This document shows, one piece after another, positions 16,710 to 30,797 of a stretch of DNA of 64,000 nt (the stretch's first letter is position 1; every line of letters starts with the position of its first letter). The stretch lies in NCBI RefSeq assembly GCF_009914755.1, contig NC_060929.1. One strand, 5' to 3'. The notes under the pieces were generated by a model that had not been told where the DNA came from, did not search any database, and saw only the letters and a program-made list of their open reading frames with translations. This DNA comes from the human T2T-CHM13v2.0 reference genome, Homo sapiens. The translations under genes and the position numbers were made by a program.

Positions 16710-18150
16710 TCAGGGCAAGAGAGGTCCCTGACCTGGGTCCTGTTTTTTTAAAGGCCCTGCAGAACTTACACACACACATACAAACACACACACACTTATT
16801 ACAAAATACAGGGGCACCTCTGTCACTCAGGATCTACCACATCCTGGCACAAAGCAACCCTTAACTCCAAACAGTTACTCTCATGACAAATACTACACAG
16901 GCCCCCAGGGAAATGCTTCCCCACATCTCTTACCCTGTGTATCATTTTTGTGCAGATGCCCATGGTGGGCCACTGCTAATGCAAAGATGAATATGCTGTA
17001 GGGTATGACAGGATTCTACCGGTGGGAACACTGAGGTCAGAGAAAAGACAAATAGTGAACTTGCTAAAGCCTTCTTCTCAGATAGCAGAAGTACAGCAGA
17101 CTCTTGCACGACAAACTATTCCTTTATGAAGTACTGAGTCTCCATTTCCTTTGGGTACCTATTTTATGTACTGGAAGTGCCCACATGCTTAGCGTTCCAG
17201 TAATGGAACACTAGTTAATGCAGTATTTACAAAAATGACTTATGGAGTTTGAAGGACATTTTACAGTATTAAGCAATAAATATATTACTCAGGTTTGTAT
17301 GAATATTATGTCAGTCGGAATATAACTTATGTGAAGTGTGTTGTCACTTGTTTACATTGGTAACTAGATGAAGTTTGAACACTTGCCTTCAGAATAGTTT
17401 TTTTAATAACAATGTTTAATGAGTTAATTATATTTTTTAAAAATGAAATAAATATTTTAAAGTTTACTTAAGTCAATTTGATTTAATAATTCCATTAATT
17501 ACAATGGCATTAATTCATATTTGCTTTTTCAGTTTAATAGAAAAATATAAAACTAATTTTATATTAGTTACTTAAAAGAAAAACATTTTTGAAAAATCAG
17601 TAAAAATAATTTTACTTTTCATTCTGTTACATTTATTTTAAATTACTTCTTTGATGAAAATACACTGGATTCTTGTACAGTTGAGTAAATCATATTTCAT
17701 ATTTCAATCTTTTACAGTACTATTATCAGTTCAACCTAAATTATATGAAAATCTTGATTATAATAATATAACTAGTGATTTTTCTGAAAGTAGGCAAAAA
17801 TAAGGATTATATTAGTTTATGAATTACGTATATATGTTAATTTTTAATACTTATTGAAACATCACCAGTCCATCAACAGAATATCTACACATGCTTCATA
17901 AGTTACTAAATGTAGTCATCTTTAGTATTTTACCAATGTTTATCCATATAAATAATGTAGCTTGATTCATCTCTTTATGTCTTGTTATTTTGAATGTATA
18001 CTTATCAAAATAGGAGATACAACTACTTTTAATATTATAGTTGGTTAATTTGGCATAACTTTTTAATGTTTCTATATATGATCTTTATAGTCTTGCCAGA
18101 CTTTGTAATTTTTCACAATGGACCTGGTCAAAAATTGTCACATAGGGCAT
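16710..18150 (+). mobile_element. Ancient hAT-Tip100 (MER115/Zaphod-like) DNA transposon remnant
   Basis: ggcaagagaggtccctgacctgggtcctg...aggccc resembles the MER115/Zaphod left end and is followed by a very AT-rich transposase-like body. Confidence 0.35.
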
Positions 18151-18159
18151 TAATTTTCT

Positions 18160-19300
18160 TCTATTCCTTGCTTCTGTTGCTAAGTCCTTCCAGGAAGCTG
18201 CAGAGGAAGTCAGACCTCATGGCCTAAGGCATGCCATTTCATTTCAGGAGGAAGCAATGTGAACAGCCGTAGTTTAATAGGTATAGTTGGGGCAGTCATG
18301 GATACTGGAGCCTCCAGAGCTCCCTCTGCAGCAGGTACCATGGAAGCCAGGCCGAAGCCCAGTCCTCACCCTGAGGGAGGCTCACACAGCAGGTGGCCAG
18401 AATCTCTCCATGGCACAAGCAGCTAAGATCTAGGGTTGGACAGAGCCAAGTGAATCTAGGAAGACACATAAACTGGGTCTGATTACACTTGTTGAAGACC
18501 TTCTGTTACTCAGTGCAAAATTAAGAATACCACATCACCCTCAACATGTCAATCCTAACCCACCTCTACTTAATCCAGAGGCCCTGGGAAATAGAGTATA
18601 ATAGCTGCCTCTCAATCCTCTGTGTGCCACATGCCTACTCAACTATCCTCCACTCACACCCAACAAAAGTGTACATTAGCTCTATGTGGCATTTAGTCAT
18701 TTGAGGTCGAGTATTCAGGTCATTCAGTTCAGCATGGAGCCCACCAGTTTGGCTGTGGGCAGGAGAGAGATGATCTGAGAGCTATGCCCAACAGCAGCCT
18801 TGTCTCCTTAGCACACCAGCTAAGCACCTGAGCCATAAAAGCAAGACCATTGGAGCAGGAAAAAAAAAAATTTGCTCAGAGGTCATTTGCTTTTGTCATT
18901 TCTTTCCAAAACTACAAGGAAGAACCTTGACCTGGACATCTATGTACGGTCATTTACCAGGCCACCTGGCAGAGGTGCTCTGAGTCCCACATTCTTGGGC
19001 CTGTCTGTTTGACATACAGTTTCCCTGAACTCTTCATTGCTCTAGCATTCTCTGTGTGTGGTCAGTCTAATTAAAGTGAGAGAGCAGCACAGTGAAAGAA
19101 GGAATCATTTGAAGGGAGGAAGCGGTAATACACTCTCTTAAAAGCCACCACTAACTACTCTAGCAAGAATGTATGAGCCATTATCAGACTGAGAGGGCAC
19201 CAGGTGCCTCAAGGTGACTGATGGTCCCCTACCTATCTTAGCCATTATTCTCTGAGACAAGCGTAGAACCCAAATGCCCAGCAGTCCCAGGATATGCACA
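18160..19300. mobile_element. Probable ancient LTR/ERVL-type remnant
   Basis: Abrupt GC-richer block with LTR33/ERVL-like character; family not resolved. Confidence 0.3.
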
Positions 19301-20679
19301 TATATATCCTGTCCATATGGATGGGTTTGTGATTTAATGCTAACAAACGTATTTCTAGGAGAAAAATAGATGTACTAATCGACAAAGATTTAAGCTGAGG
19401 AAAGAATCATCAATCTTCTCTGCTGTAACGATCACTTTGCCTTCCTTTTCTGTAACGTGATATTTTAAAACACATTTTTTATTGCCTATGCTTACTTTTC
19501 AGTTTTTACACATTATAATTCCTAGTCGAATTTCTTCTGACTATACTGCAGAGTACTTTAGGTGCACCAATTCAAGAGTCTATTCTAAGAAATTAATGTG
19601 AATTTAATTACTCTGCCACCATATAGATCTATCTATCTATCTGTGGACACGTAGGTGCAGATATTTTTAATTTAGAGGTTAGAGTGTATTTTTTTTTTTG
19701 CCTAATACAATGCATTCTTCTTTCAGTAAATATTTATTAAGCATTTAATAGTTTGAGGAACTCTAGTTGAGCCTTAACATATAGTAGATAATGACATATA
19801 TTTTCTAGAAAGAACAAAAGCAATGAATGGCAACAAAGAATTCAAATAGGATAGGAATGCTTCCTGAAAGGCACTTGTTATTTTGACAAACCTGCTTTCT
19901 CAAAGCCATGTTAACTGCAGGGACCTTGATGCTATCAACATTTTTTTCTTTATTGTAAATTAATGGGCAGAGCAGACATTTGCTGTATTCCTTGGCCTCA
20001 CTCCATCCTCGACTCCACTCAGAAGATAGAGCAGAATTCAAGAATGTATTGGACAGCAGGGATGAAGCAAGAGTCTGAGGTCTCTTTTGTATGTAAAACT
20101 GGATCATTAAAAATTATTCTTACATTTTGACACATTAAAATATCTTTTCCTCAGAGTGGTCAAGTCATAATAGAGCTTAATCAGCTAATTTGAAGTGTGG
20201 TGTTTGATGCCTGAGGTCTTTATCTCTCCTATGTATTTGTAAGCAAACATTGAGAAAATACTACAGGAAGTAATCAACACAAGAAATATTAGCAGATTGG
20301 TGTTCTTGAAGCTCAAAAGAGAAGGACATTGCTGGAGAACACAGTATTCCAAGGAGAATTGTTAAGACGAGATCTGGGCTGGATCTGAAGAATGAAGAAG
20401 AGAAATGATATGAGCAAAGGCACTGGGGTTTGTTTGAGGGGCTGGATTGAAGTGTTCATGTTGGATAGCAGTGAAAGATAGGGAGAGAAAGAAAACTGAT
20501 GCAGGATTGCAGAATAGCTAAGCTAAAGAGATAGAACTTTGCCCTGCTGACGGAAAGGATTCCTTGTAACTTTGGGAGCCAGTTGTACCAAATATTTAAA
20601 GAAAGTATTTGCTGAAAATATTATAAGATGGGCCTAATAAAATAATCAAAAATTCCCTTTTATTTGATTCTACTCTCAC

Positions 20680-20915
20680 TAACAACAATAGCTAACATTG
20701 ATTGAGTTCTTAATATGCCAAGTGCTATGTTCAGTCTTCCTATCTCACTTATCTTTACAACTACTCTATGGAGTCCATGTTTTACAGTTTAGGGAACAAA
20801 AAAAGGTTCAGTAACTTGCACAAATTATGGAAGATGAAGTTGGTGGAGCAAAAGTGTGATCCCAAGAAATATGACTCCAACACCCACACCTTAACCATGA
20901 AGTTATTCTGCCTCT
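20680..20915 (-). mobile_element. MIR
   Basis: aatagctaacattgattgag...tatgccaagtgct...gttcagtaacttgc...cttaacca. Confidence 0.7.
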
Positions 20916-21094
20916 CCAAGCAGCCTTATAAGAAAACGGCTTCCCTTGTAGCTTACCTAAAGTGATAGGCTAAGCTGACTGGACCAACTGGAGTAGTCTG
21001 TTTTTGCTAATGGTATGATATCAGACTACTTCTCTTAACCCCAATGCCACAGGAAGGACAAACATTTGAAATCATAAACATTTGAAATCATAGA

Positions 21095-21265
21095 CTATTT
21101 ATTACTTATGCAGCCTTGGACAAGTTAGTCTGTCTCTAACTATTCTTACCTGAGAAAATGAAGACCACAAGAATCCTGCCTTCATGGTTGTTGTGAGATT
21201 TCAAGAAATAAATGTAAAGCATTTAGAAGGGTATCAGGCACATATGGAACACTTAATAAGTGTCT
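21095..21265 (+). mobile_element. MIR
   Basis: ccttggacaagtta...ggttgttgtgaga...atgtaaagcatttagaa...ggcacata. Confidence 0.7.
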
Positions 21266-22109
21266 GAAATTATCTTCATTTCTTTGGGGCAAATATAGTC
21301 AATTATCAATACAGTTTTAAATTAGCTTCCTATGTAGTTTGGATAGAGGGAGAGAATGTGATTATCTTAGTCTGCTAGACATTTCGATTTTTCCTTACAA
21401 TATCAGACTTCTGAGTTTTCAGGGATAACAATCATTATTTGCACTGTGGTAATTTTATCAAAGAAAATGCCACCTTTGGAGACCTTTCTAAGTGGCCAGA
21501 TGCCCTTTCCCAAGTGACAATCACCATGTATGACTTTTTAAACCTACTTGAAACTGTCAAAATGGTCATGATTTATATTAACAGAAAAATCAGTTCTTAA
21601 TTACAAAACGATGATACTCTTTAAAATTTAACTCAAACTACCTTTTTAGTTCATGATATCAGGCCACATCTTCCTTCCATCCCCTCTGGCTCCATCAGTT
21701 GGGTTACTCAACTTCACCCAAAGGTTAATTCATCTTGATCTTTTTGGTACATATCCTCTTATTCATCTCCTGATGGTCTCTTAGAAGGTTTTCCACAGTA
21801 GTTATTTCAAAATGCATCTTCGTAAACTCTTAAGCTCACTTTCCATGGTTATCAGGTGTTTTGGTTATTTCACATTAATTAAGAAAAAAGGCAGACATCA
21901 GGTGGAAGTTTCTTTCATCTCCCTTTTTTTTTTCAAACTTTCTCTAAATAAAAATTCCAATCTTCCCTTGAATATTTTTCTGTTACAAGCCTGAATATTT
22001 CAGTTCTGTTCTCCATACCAACTCTTCATATTTGCTTCCTCAGTCTCCCAGTTGTCTTTCAATCTCTTCCTCTCAATTTGATTCATGTATGATTGGCAAC
22101 AATTCTGAT

Positions 22110-22360
22110 GTATAAGTAAAATCGGGCCAGATGACAAGAAGGTGACAAATGAATTCTGAAATCTCAGTGGTTTGCAGAAACTAAAGTATTTCTCATTTAC
22201 TATATAAAGAGTGTTAACAGGGGCTCTGCTCCCCGTGGTCACTCAGGGACATAGACTGACCAAGACTCTAGCACCTTTCCATGCTACCATCTCACACATG
22301 GTTTCAGGAGTTGCCAGGGCCAGGGAAGGGAGGTGCTAGAGTGCAGCTCGCACTGGTTGA
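22110..22360 (-). mobile_element. MLT1K-like LTR fragment
   Basis: aaatctcagtggttt, ggggctctgctccccgtggtcactcagggac. Confidence 0.55.
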
Positions 22361-22364
22361 TAAG

Positions 22365-22532
22365 CGTGACACCAGAACACTGTAGCACAGCCCCCACCCA
22401 TTCATTTCTTGCCGAGAAGAGACTTTTTTTGGTTTGTTGCTCTGCTGTCACCATCTTGAAGTTGTTAGTTTTGGACAAAGAAGCCTCACATTTTATCTTA
22501 CCCTAGGTCTCACCAATTGTGTAATCAGTCCT
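22365..22532 (+). mobile_element. MER91B-like hAT element
   Basis: gctctgctgtcaccatcttgaa...cacatttt...aattgtgtaatcagtcct. Confidence 0.55.
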
Positions 22533-22968
22533 AATGAGTGCACAGGAAATCCTGTGACTGTGAATTCTATCTGGACCCTGTTGGCTGGTTAGACTCAGGG
22601 CATGGCCTTGATTTTTGCAAGGACAGCTGAGAAATTTAGATTTTTATGCACTATTTTCTGGCAAACACATAGTATATTTTCTTCTACTTGAAATTCCCTA
22701 AGCAATAACACCAATTCCATGCAACAGTACTATATTTAAAGTTAAATAGCATGGTAAACAAACATTCTTCATGTGCCCAGCATGTTGAGTGATTCCCATT
22801 ACTAGCAGGTGCTACATGATATGGATGAACACAGAAAGATGTGCCATGCCTGCCCTCTAGAAGCTTAAATTCTAGAGTAGTGCATTTCACACTTTAATAC
22901 AAATCTTCTGAGTAAAATGCAGATTCTCATAACAGATATGAGAAGGGGCCCGTGGTTCCGCACTTTTA

Positions 22969-24149
22969 TTCTAGTTTTAATTGAAATGAAAAATTGTATA
23001 TTCATGGTGTACAACATATTTTGATATATATGTATACACTGTGAAATGATTAATCAAGCTGGTTAATATACCCATAACCTCACATACTTATCATTTTTTA
23101 TGATGAGAACATTTAAAATCTACTCTTAGTACCAGGTGCATTGACTGATGTCTGTAATCTCAGCATTTTGGGAGGCCAAGGTTGATGGGTTCCTTGATCC
23201 CAGGAATTTGAGACCAGCCTGGACAACATGATGAGACTCTGTCTCTACTAAAAATACAAAAAAAAAAAAATTAGGTGGGCATGGTGGCATGTGCCTGTAG
23301 TTCTAACTACTAGAGAGGCTGAGGTGGGATCACTTGAGCCCAGGAGGTCGAGGCTGCAGTGAGCCAAGATCATGCCACTGCACTTCAGCCTAGGTGACAG
23401 AGTGAAGCCCTGTCTCAAAAAACAAACAAAAAAATTTACTCTTAGCAATTTTCAACTATACAATACATTAGTATTAACTGTAGTCACCATGCTGTACAGT
23501 CAATCTCCAGAACTTATTTCTCCTATTGAAGTGAAACTTTGATCCCTTCAGCCAACGTCTCCCCATTCTCTATCTCCTTTACTCTCACCCTCAGCCCTTG
23601 GTAACCATCGGTCTACTCTCTACTTCTATGAGATCAACTTTTTAAGATTCCACATATAAGTGAGATCATACAGTATTTGTCTTCCTGTGTCTGGCTTATT
23701 TTACTTAACATAATGCCCTCCAGGCTCATCTATGTGCCACAAATGACTGGATTTTTTTTCTTTTTTTAAGGCTGAATAGTATTCCATTGTGTATATATAC
23801 CACATTTTCTTTATCCATTCATCTATTGATGACCACTTAGTTTAATTCCATATTTTGATTATTATGAATAATGCTGCAATAACATGAGAGTACAGATATT
23901 TTTTCAACATGTTGATTCTATTTCTTCTAGCTATATATACAGAAGTGGAATTGCTGGACCATATGATAGTTCTATTTTATTTTTTAAGAATAAATATTAT
24001 TAAAATGTCCATTCTAACTAAAGAAATCTATAAATTCAGTGCAATCTCTATCAAAATTCAAATAACATTTTTACAGAAATAGAAAAAAAAATTCTAAAAT
24101 TCATATGGAACCCCCCAAAAAACCAAATAGCCAAGTGAATCTTTAGCAA
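22969..24149 (-). mobile_element. L1MA7/8-like element, 5'-truncated with inverted ORF2 segment (about 23986-24149)
   Basis: 3'UTR (gtagtcaccatgctgtaca, gattccacatataagtgagatcat) followed by sense-strand ORF2 (aaaatgtccat...aaaattcatatggaac). Degenerate TSD ttccgcactttta/ttctgcattttta. Confidence 0.8.
23130..23434 (+). mobile_element. AluJ inside L1MA
   Basis: cttgagcccaggaggtcgaggctgcagtgag; TSD aaaatctactcttag/aaaatttactcttag. Confidence 0.9.
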
Positions 24150-26108
24150 TTCTGCATTTTTAACAAGCTCTCAATAATTCTGATGTTACTAGTTCATAGA
24201 ACTGGACTTTAGATAGCAAGGTTCTACAGAATGCCATAAAATAAATATATATAAGGTAACAAATTAATGCAGTTATACCTTCAAAGGCATTTATGCTGAC
24301 AATTCATCCAGTTAAAAAAATAAGAAAATGTTTGTTATTATTTTTTAAAAAGTGAAGCTTTTTCTGCTCAAGATGTCTATCTTTCAGCAAATCTGTTTTC
24401 CTTTTGCATTTCCAATATGTTTGCCTTCTTAATTTGAGAAGGGAGGAAAGGGCTCTTCTCATTTGCAGGTTTATTCTTGGTCTGCTTCCATAATTGGTAG
24501 TATCAGAGGATTGTGATTAATGCTCCATTTGTGAAAACCTGTTCACCTTAGAATATGCCATTTGGCAAAAACTTTTCCTGCATCTGCTCTCCGACAATAG
24601 CCTCTTTATGCTGTTTATAGCCCAATGAAAATGGCTACTGTGGGACCCCTGTAGGTGGTGTTGGCAGCAGACGGACTGGAAGGTGTGCTCATCTGGAACT
24701 GCAAGAGAGAGGATAGATATCACATTCGTAGGAGGCGGCGCAATTCTGAGGCTGGGCAACAGCTGGGGTATTCTGAGGAATGTTTCTCTTCTTTCTTTCC
24801 CATCCCTCACTTCCCAAAGAGTTGCAGCATTACATTACCTAACTAGTTTCACAGTTTACAAACTGAGAAAAGTCAAATAATTTGTCTCAGTAGCAAGGTG
24901 CAACAAAATAACATAAGGAAATAAAATGGAAAGAATTCTAGAAATTCTCCCAGGAAGTCCCTATTTTTAAGCAGAGAAAAGAATCTATGAACATCAAAAG
25001 CTAACAGTATCTAGACTCTTGTTCTGATGGCCGTTTCAAAGTGCCTATTTTCCAATTGGAAATTTTAATACCCTAGCCATATGTACTTATGTTATGCTAT
25101 GAGACATCGTACAGTTTCCCAAAGCATTTTAAATTATGTCATATCACTTTATAGTCAGGGAAACATTTGAAGAAGGCAGGAACCATGAGACCTTCATCAT
25201 GGATGAAGAAACAGAGATGTCTAGATAGTTACTTAGCCATGGGTATGGCTCCACAAAGCAATGGTGCTGGAACTGAAGCCCAGGTATGATTCCTAATCCC
25301 AGCATTTTTTAAGAATTAAAGTGTATGTCTAGCCTTTCATTTTTAATCTCACTCTATCTTTCACTTTATGTGTGTGTTACATAAGTAACATTGTTAAACA
25401 TGTCTTGTTTAGCTTAATACATTTAAATAAGCCATTGATTTTAATTTTTCTATTTTACATGAGGGGAAAACAGAAAGAGCAAAGTCTGTTTCAATTGTAC
25501 TAGAAATCTCTTACAGTTATTTATTCACTTTAGAAATACAGTGCTATAAGTTATAAAATTTATAATAGTGTGGAAAATTTTTTAAAAAGTAACTGATTTA
25601 CATGGGGTTTTGAAGGAACTTTTATTTTTTTTTCCAAATTTTTTTATCACTAAAATTTTTTAAAATACAGAACAATATAAATAATATAATATCCTTACAC
25701 ATGCCATGTATGTTCAATAATTATTTAGATTTTGCCATAGTAGTTTTCATTATTTTTCTGTATCATTTCAAAGTAAGTTGCCAGGTCATCCCTGGGCACT
25801 ATAAATTAAGGTCAAGTTTTCTATATAAAATTGTTATGGCACCTAAAACAATTAACTTTTGACATTTCTTTTTATTCATATCTGAGATTCTGACTTTTAA
25901 TAGGATAAATTTATATAATTTACTCATATTGCTTTTCAGCCATCTTTTATCATCTCTCACCTTACTATTTGGGTCTGAATTTTATATTTATCTATTGTTA
26001 TTGTTTAATTCTAATTTTTATTGTATGGCTTATGATTTCTTTTGTTTTTTGATCTTAAAAGGTAAGTAAATTTGGAAGGTTGTAGCTGCCTATTAAATTG
26101 TTAGCTAA

Positions 26109-26433
<325 letters not shown>

Positions 26434-26608
26434 TCTACAATAATTCTTAAATTTATACTTATGCATATGGACATATCTAATCAGAAAGAATAACTTCCAG
26501 TTCCCTTTCATATAGAATGAAGAATTATGAACATTTTAGTTTCACTCTCTCCAGATTTTTCTTATTCATGACTACTTTACCTGGATGTCCTAGTTTGCTT
26601 GCTCTTTC

Positions 26609-26611
<3 letters not shown>

Positions 26612-26655
<44 letters not shown>
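26612..26655. repeat. (GT)22 microsatellite
   Basis: Read directly from sequence. Confidence 0.97.
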
Positions 26656-26657
<2 letters not shown>

Positions 26658-26859
26658 CAATCATGCCAGTTGGATCTTTTTATCTGAAATAGCCCATCCT
26701 CACACATATCCACCAAGTGTCATTTTTTAATGTAGCTGACAAGAGAGAAATTTTGGAAACAATGAAGATACTAATGAAAAATAGTAAAGTATGGCACATC
26801 CATATAATGGAATGCGAGGCTGAATCTACACATGGAATGGAAGGCAATGAAAATGGTAA

Positions 26860-26991
26860 TAGGTGGAGGTAACAGGTATGTTAATTAGCTTGATTGTGGT
26901 GATAATTTTACAATGTCTATCAGAACATTAAGTTGTACATCTTAAACATATACAATTTTGTATATTGTCATACTTCAATTAAGCTGTTAAA
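26860..26991 (+). mobile_element. L1MA9/L1MB-type 3' terminal fragment
   Basis: tatgttaattagcttgattgtggtgat...ttgtacatcttaaa...ttcaattaagctg. Confidence 0.7.
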
Positions 26992-27527
26992 ATATACTCA
27001 AAACTCATAATTTCTTAATTTTTTACTACATTTACTATTATCTATACTCTTGAGGTTATTTACCTCTCTTGTATCTATATGATGGAAATACTATATAATG
27101 GTGGACTGCTGTGTTTCTCTTTCTATCTCCACATTCAGCAATGTCAGATATGTAGCTTGAAATTGGCCATGGTAGAATATTTACACCATAGGAGCCAGCA
27201 AACACTACAAATAAGGGTCTGTATATTGCTGTTGGTTTCTTGGTCTTTTGGGTCTTTATTGTTTAAACTTAATGAAGTGAAGAAAACATTAGTAATGTAG
27301 AGTAAACTTTAAAATGTTTTGTAACAGTTAATCATGCAGAGCACAAAAGAGAAAATAGCCTTTTAGTATTCAGTAAAGAAGCCATTGATAAACCAGTGAC
27401 ATTCTGACATATGTATTTCTTGTTTCAATTTCACTGTCCTCATTCACATAAATGAAAACATCAACCCATATTCATGTTGGAACTACACCTGGGGACTAGA
27501 TTGTTAAACATTTACCAACACACCATA
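26992..27527 (+). mobile_element. MER63 (hAT-Blackjack) DNA transposon, 5' part missing
   Basis: atactcaaaactcat...gaggttattta...gtagcttgaaattggccatggt; terminal ttgttaaacatttaccaacacacca. Confidence 0.75.
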
Positions 27528-28488
27528 ATCAATCCCTCAGTCATACACCACGCAGCTAAAAATGTTACCTCTTCTCCACGCCCAATGTGAAAGAGAATAG
27601 AAACCTGATGCAGAACTACTTAAAGAAGGTTACCACACAGTGCTAAACAAAAGGACTAAGACAGTTCCTGTTAAGATACCACTGCCTGCAGTTTTTGCAA
27701 TGGTGAATTCTATATTTACTGAACTTAGGCCTAGATCTGAGAGTTAGGGCTACTCCCCAGAGCAGGGTACATTTCTACTAGAAAAATATACCTAAGAAAA
27801 TACCATGTTTCCCAGCTTGTTTGAATGAACTCCATTTTTTCAGTTTCTAAAGCCATTTCATATAAACAGAGTTCTGCAAAAGCCACCAACAATGTTTGGT
27901 CCTCTTTGCTAACATGTATATATGCAAATGATGTCTCATTTCATCCTTTCTCCCTCGTTTACCTCAATTCCATTTAACTCTGAAGAATTTAGTCTTGCTC
28001 TCACAAATCATCACAGTTCTAAAAGATCATTTAATTCAAGAAGAAATCAGATTCCACCAGGATATTTCCTGCACTTCTGTAATCCACCGGGGTCAAGAGT
28101 GATAGAAGAAAATGGTTTCTAGCTGGAAGACAAGTGCTTTAATTGTCAGGTTGCAGGAGACACGATGTCACAGACTGTTGGAAGGCTGGTGTGGACTCAG
28201 AGCAATTTCTTGTGTTTGTCCAGTTTAATAGGTGCTTTCAAGCACATCACCATATTGGGTCCCACAATGGTCCTTTGAGAATGTCAGTTCAGCAACATTT
28301 ACTAAGAACCACGGAACCAGGGGTTACTCTAGAAGTTGAACACACAAAATTGGATAAGACGTTGCCATCATATGAAAAGGGTGCTCCTGAGCAGTGCATT
28401 TTAAAATGGCTTTGCAAATGGGGAAACTCTGGCAGCTAGAAAGCTGTTGAATAAGAACAGCCTGTGGCCCCAGAGAGCAAGCCCTATA

Positions 28489-28956
28489 TTGTAGACCAGC
28501 TTGTGCTGTTCCTGAGCCTGTTGGCCCTCAGATCTCTCTGTTATCCTTTGTCTGACATACTCTGTAACAAAGAGCGAGGGAGGACTGACCCTTGAAATCT
28601 TTGTTTACCAGTCTGCCAGGTCATTAGGCTTCTTACTGGATTTGAACAACAGAGAAACTGGCACAAGACTGGGGGGTGGAGAAAAAGGAGAATCCAGAGT
28701 ATTTCTCTCCTCTCTGTGTCATGAGTATCTTCCCCATCATGGCTAAATCTCTTCTATGACTCCAGCTCACTCCAGAAAGTTCTTCTGAGGTTCACACTTC
28801 TATCAGGTGACTTTGTCCCTGGGCTCCAGGAACACCTGCTCCCTGTGGCTCACCAGCCTAGGAATGGTATTACTTTCCTGCTGGTGCTCATCTTTAGGTA
28901 ACCTCACTGTGAACTGTTTGATGAGATTTCTGTGTTACTATTTAGATCCTAATACA
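28489..28956 (+). mobile_element. LTR33-like ERVL LTR
   Basis: gggaggactgaccc, gagtatttctctcc, gactccagctc, ccctgggctccagg, ttcctgctg; ends ctaataca. Confidence 0.6.
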
Positions 28957-28999
28957 GAGATCATCAAAATTCTAGACCCATAGATCTCACTGTAATGAT

Positions 29000-29125
29000 A
29001 ATAATAATTAACAATAATAGCAGCTAACATTTGCTGAAACTCCATTAGGTGTCAGGTACTATTATGAAGACTGGAGATTCTCAGGGCAGGCATTATTGTT
29101 ATTCCACTTTACAGATTAAGGGACT
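29000..29125 (-). mobile_element. MIR fragment
   Basis: aatagcagctaacatttgctga...ttattccactttacagattaagggactg. Confidence 0.65.
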
Positions 29126-29594
29126 GTGGCACTGTATATTTGTCTTATATTATCCTCAAATTTATAGTACATTTTATTTAGAGTTCCAGTCAAGTCTCAA
29201 TTGGGCTACTAGGAAGCAAGGGAAGGGTATTTTTCAGTGTTTCTACAAAGCATTATAGAAATATCTATGTTCTCAAAAGGCTAACATAGTGGTGCCTTCT
29301 ATATTAAAGAAGATAAATCAAAGGCATTCAAATCTCAGAGACCAAGCCATTGTTGTCTATGTCAGCCACCCTTTTCCACACACTGAAATGCTTTCCTTTA
29401 CTAAAACTCTCATGACCTGAGTTTTATTTTGTTAATGAAGGCAGAAATATGAAATGTATTATGTCTACATCAGTTGGGATATTTAAAGAATCATAAAATA
29501 ACTCACAATCTAGACTAGAAAAGGAGGGTTTCCCAGAGCAAGGTTAATAACATGCCTTCGTATGCACTCACAGTACTCATAGATTCTTTGGTAT

Positions 29595-30332
29595 TGTATT
29601 AACAAAACAGGATAGTTCCCTGGCCCCCCTCACAAGATGTGCAACAGGGGTGTGGCTTGTCTGTTTGGCTGCTGTGCACTCAAACCCCTTACAGGAGGGG
29701 GAGCATGCAGATGGGCAGCTGCAGGAACCAGGACAAGGGCTTTTGGGCTCCAGCCCCATGGTAGTGTCTAGGGGTAGGTGCCTGTGACTCCCAAAGTCTC
29801 AATGGTTGTGTTACAGTGCTCTTTTAGCTCTACCATCCACAGAAGGCTTAAGTGTTAACTAGCTCAGTGCCCTCTTGGTACCCAGGTTCCTGTCTGGCAT
29901 CCAGGGAAAATCAGGTCACACAGACAAACTGAAGGATGGTGAATGCAGGGGATTTTATTGCTGGATGGAGGTGGCTCTCAGCAGGATGGATAGGGAGCTG
30001 GAAAGGGGATAGAATGGGAAGATGATCTTCCCCTGGAGTTTGGCGGTCCCACAGCCGATCTCCTCTCTGACCATCCCTAGCCAAACTCCTCAACATTCAG
30101 ACATTCCTTCTCTTCTCTGCTTCTCTGTTCCTCTGCTCCTCTGCTCATGGAGGTTTGGGGTGTATATGGGTATGGTATAGGGGGGCGTTGTGGGTCAGAA
30201 GGCAACATTTGGGTGTGAAAAAAGAAATGCCTGTTCCCATTTAGGGCCACGGGTTTCCAGGCTTGAGGGTGGGGCCTTTGCTGGGGAACCACACTTTTCT
30301 ACCCAATATCTCCCTGCTTCCTGTCCATATCA
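29595..30332 (-). mobile_element. ERV1 solo LTR, MER52/LTR27 group
   Basis: Reverse complement starts tgatatggacaggaagcagggagatattgggtagaa...aaggccccaccctcaagcctggaaa; AATAAA on minus strand near 29955. Confidence 0.75.
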
Positions 30333-30452
30333 CTAAAAGGATGGGAATTTCCCTGATAATGTCAACTGAAGAAAGTGGTGTCCACCCCTCCTATTCCCGA
30401 ATCTTGTCTCAAGTAATGCATAGTTGTATGAAGTTAAAAAGTAATCCCACCA

Positions 30453-30797
30453 GGTTGGGCACAGTGGCTCATGCGTGTAATCCCAACACTTTGGGAGGCT
30501 GGGGTGGGTGGATTGCCTGAGGTCAGGAGTTTGAGACCAGCATGGCCAACATAGTGAAACCCCATTTCTACTAAATATACAAAAAAATTAGCCAGGTGTG
30601 GTGATGGGCGCCTGTAGTCCCAGCTATTCAGGAGGCTGAGGCAGGAGAATCCCTTGAACCCGTGAGGCAGAGGTTGCAGTGAGCCGAATTCGTGCCACTG
30701 CACTCTAGAACTCCAGGTTGGGTGACAGAGCGAGACTCCATCTCAAAAATAAATAAATAAATAAATAAATAAATACATAAATAAATAAATAATTTTT
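30453..30797 (+). mobile_element. AluSx-like with (AAAT)n tail
   Basis: cctgaggtcaggagtttgagacc; TSD aaaaagtaatcccacc/aaaaagtaactccacc. Confidence 0.92.

Larger units (their letters stand above)
22890..24222. mobile_element. MER5B-like DNA transposon (22890-22968 and 24150-24222) split by L1MA
   Basis: aaaatgcagattc...ggggcccg on the left; ctgcatttttaacaagctc...attctgatg...actttagatagcaagg on the right. Confidence 0.6.
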
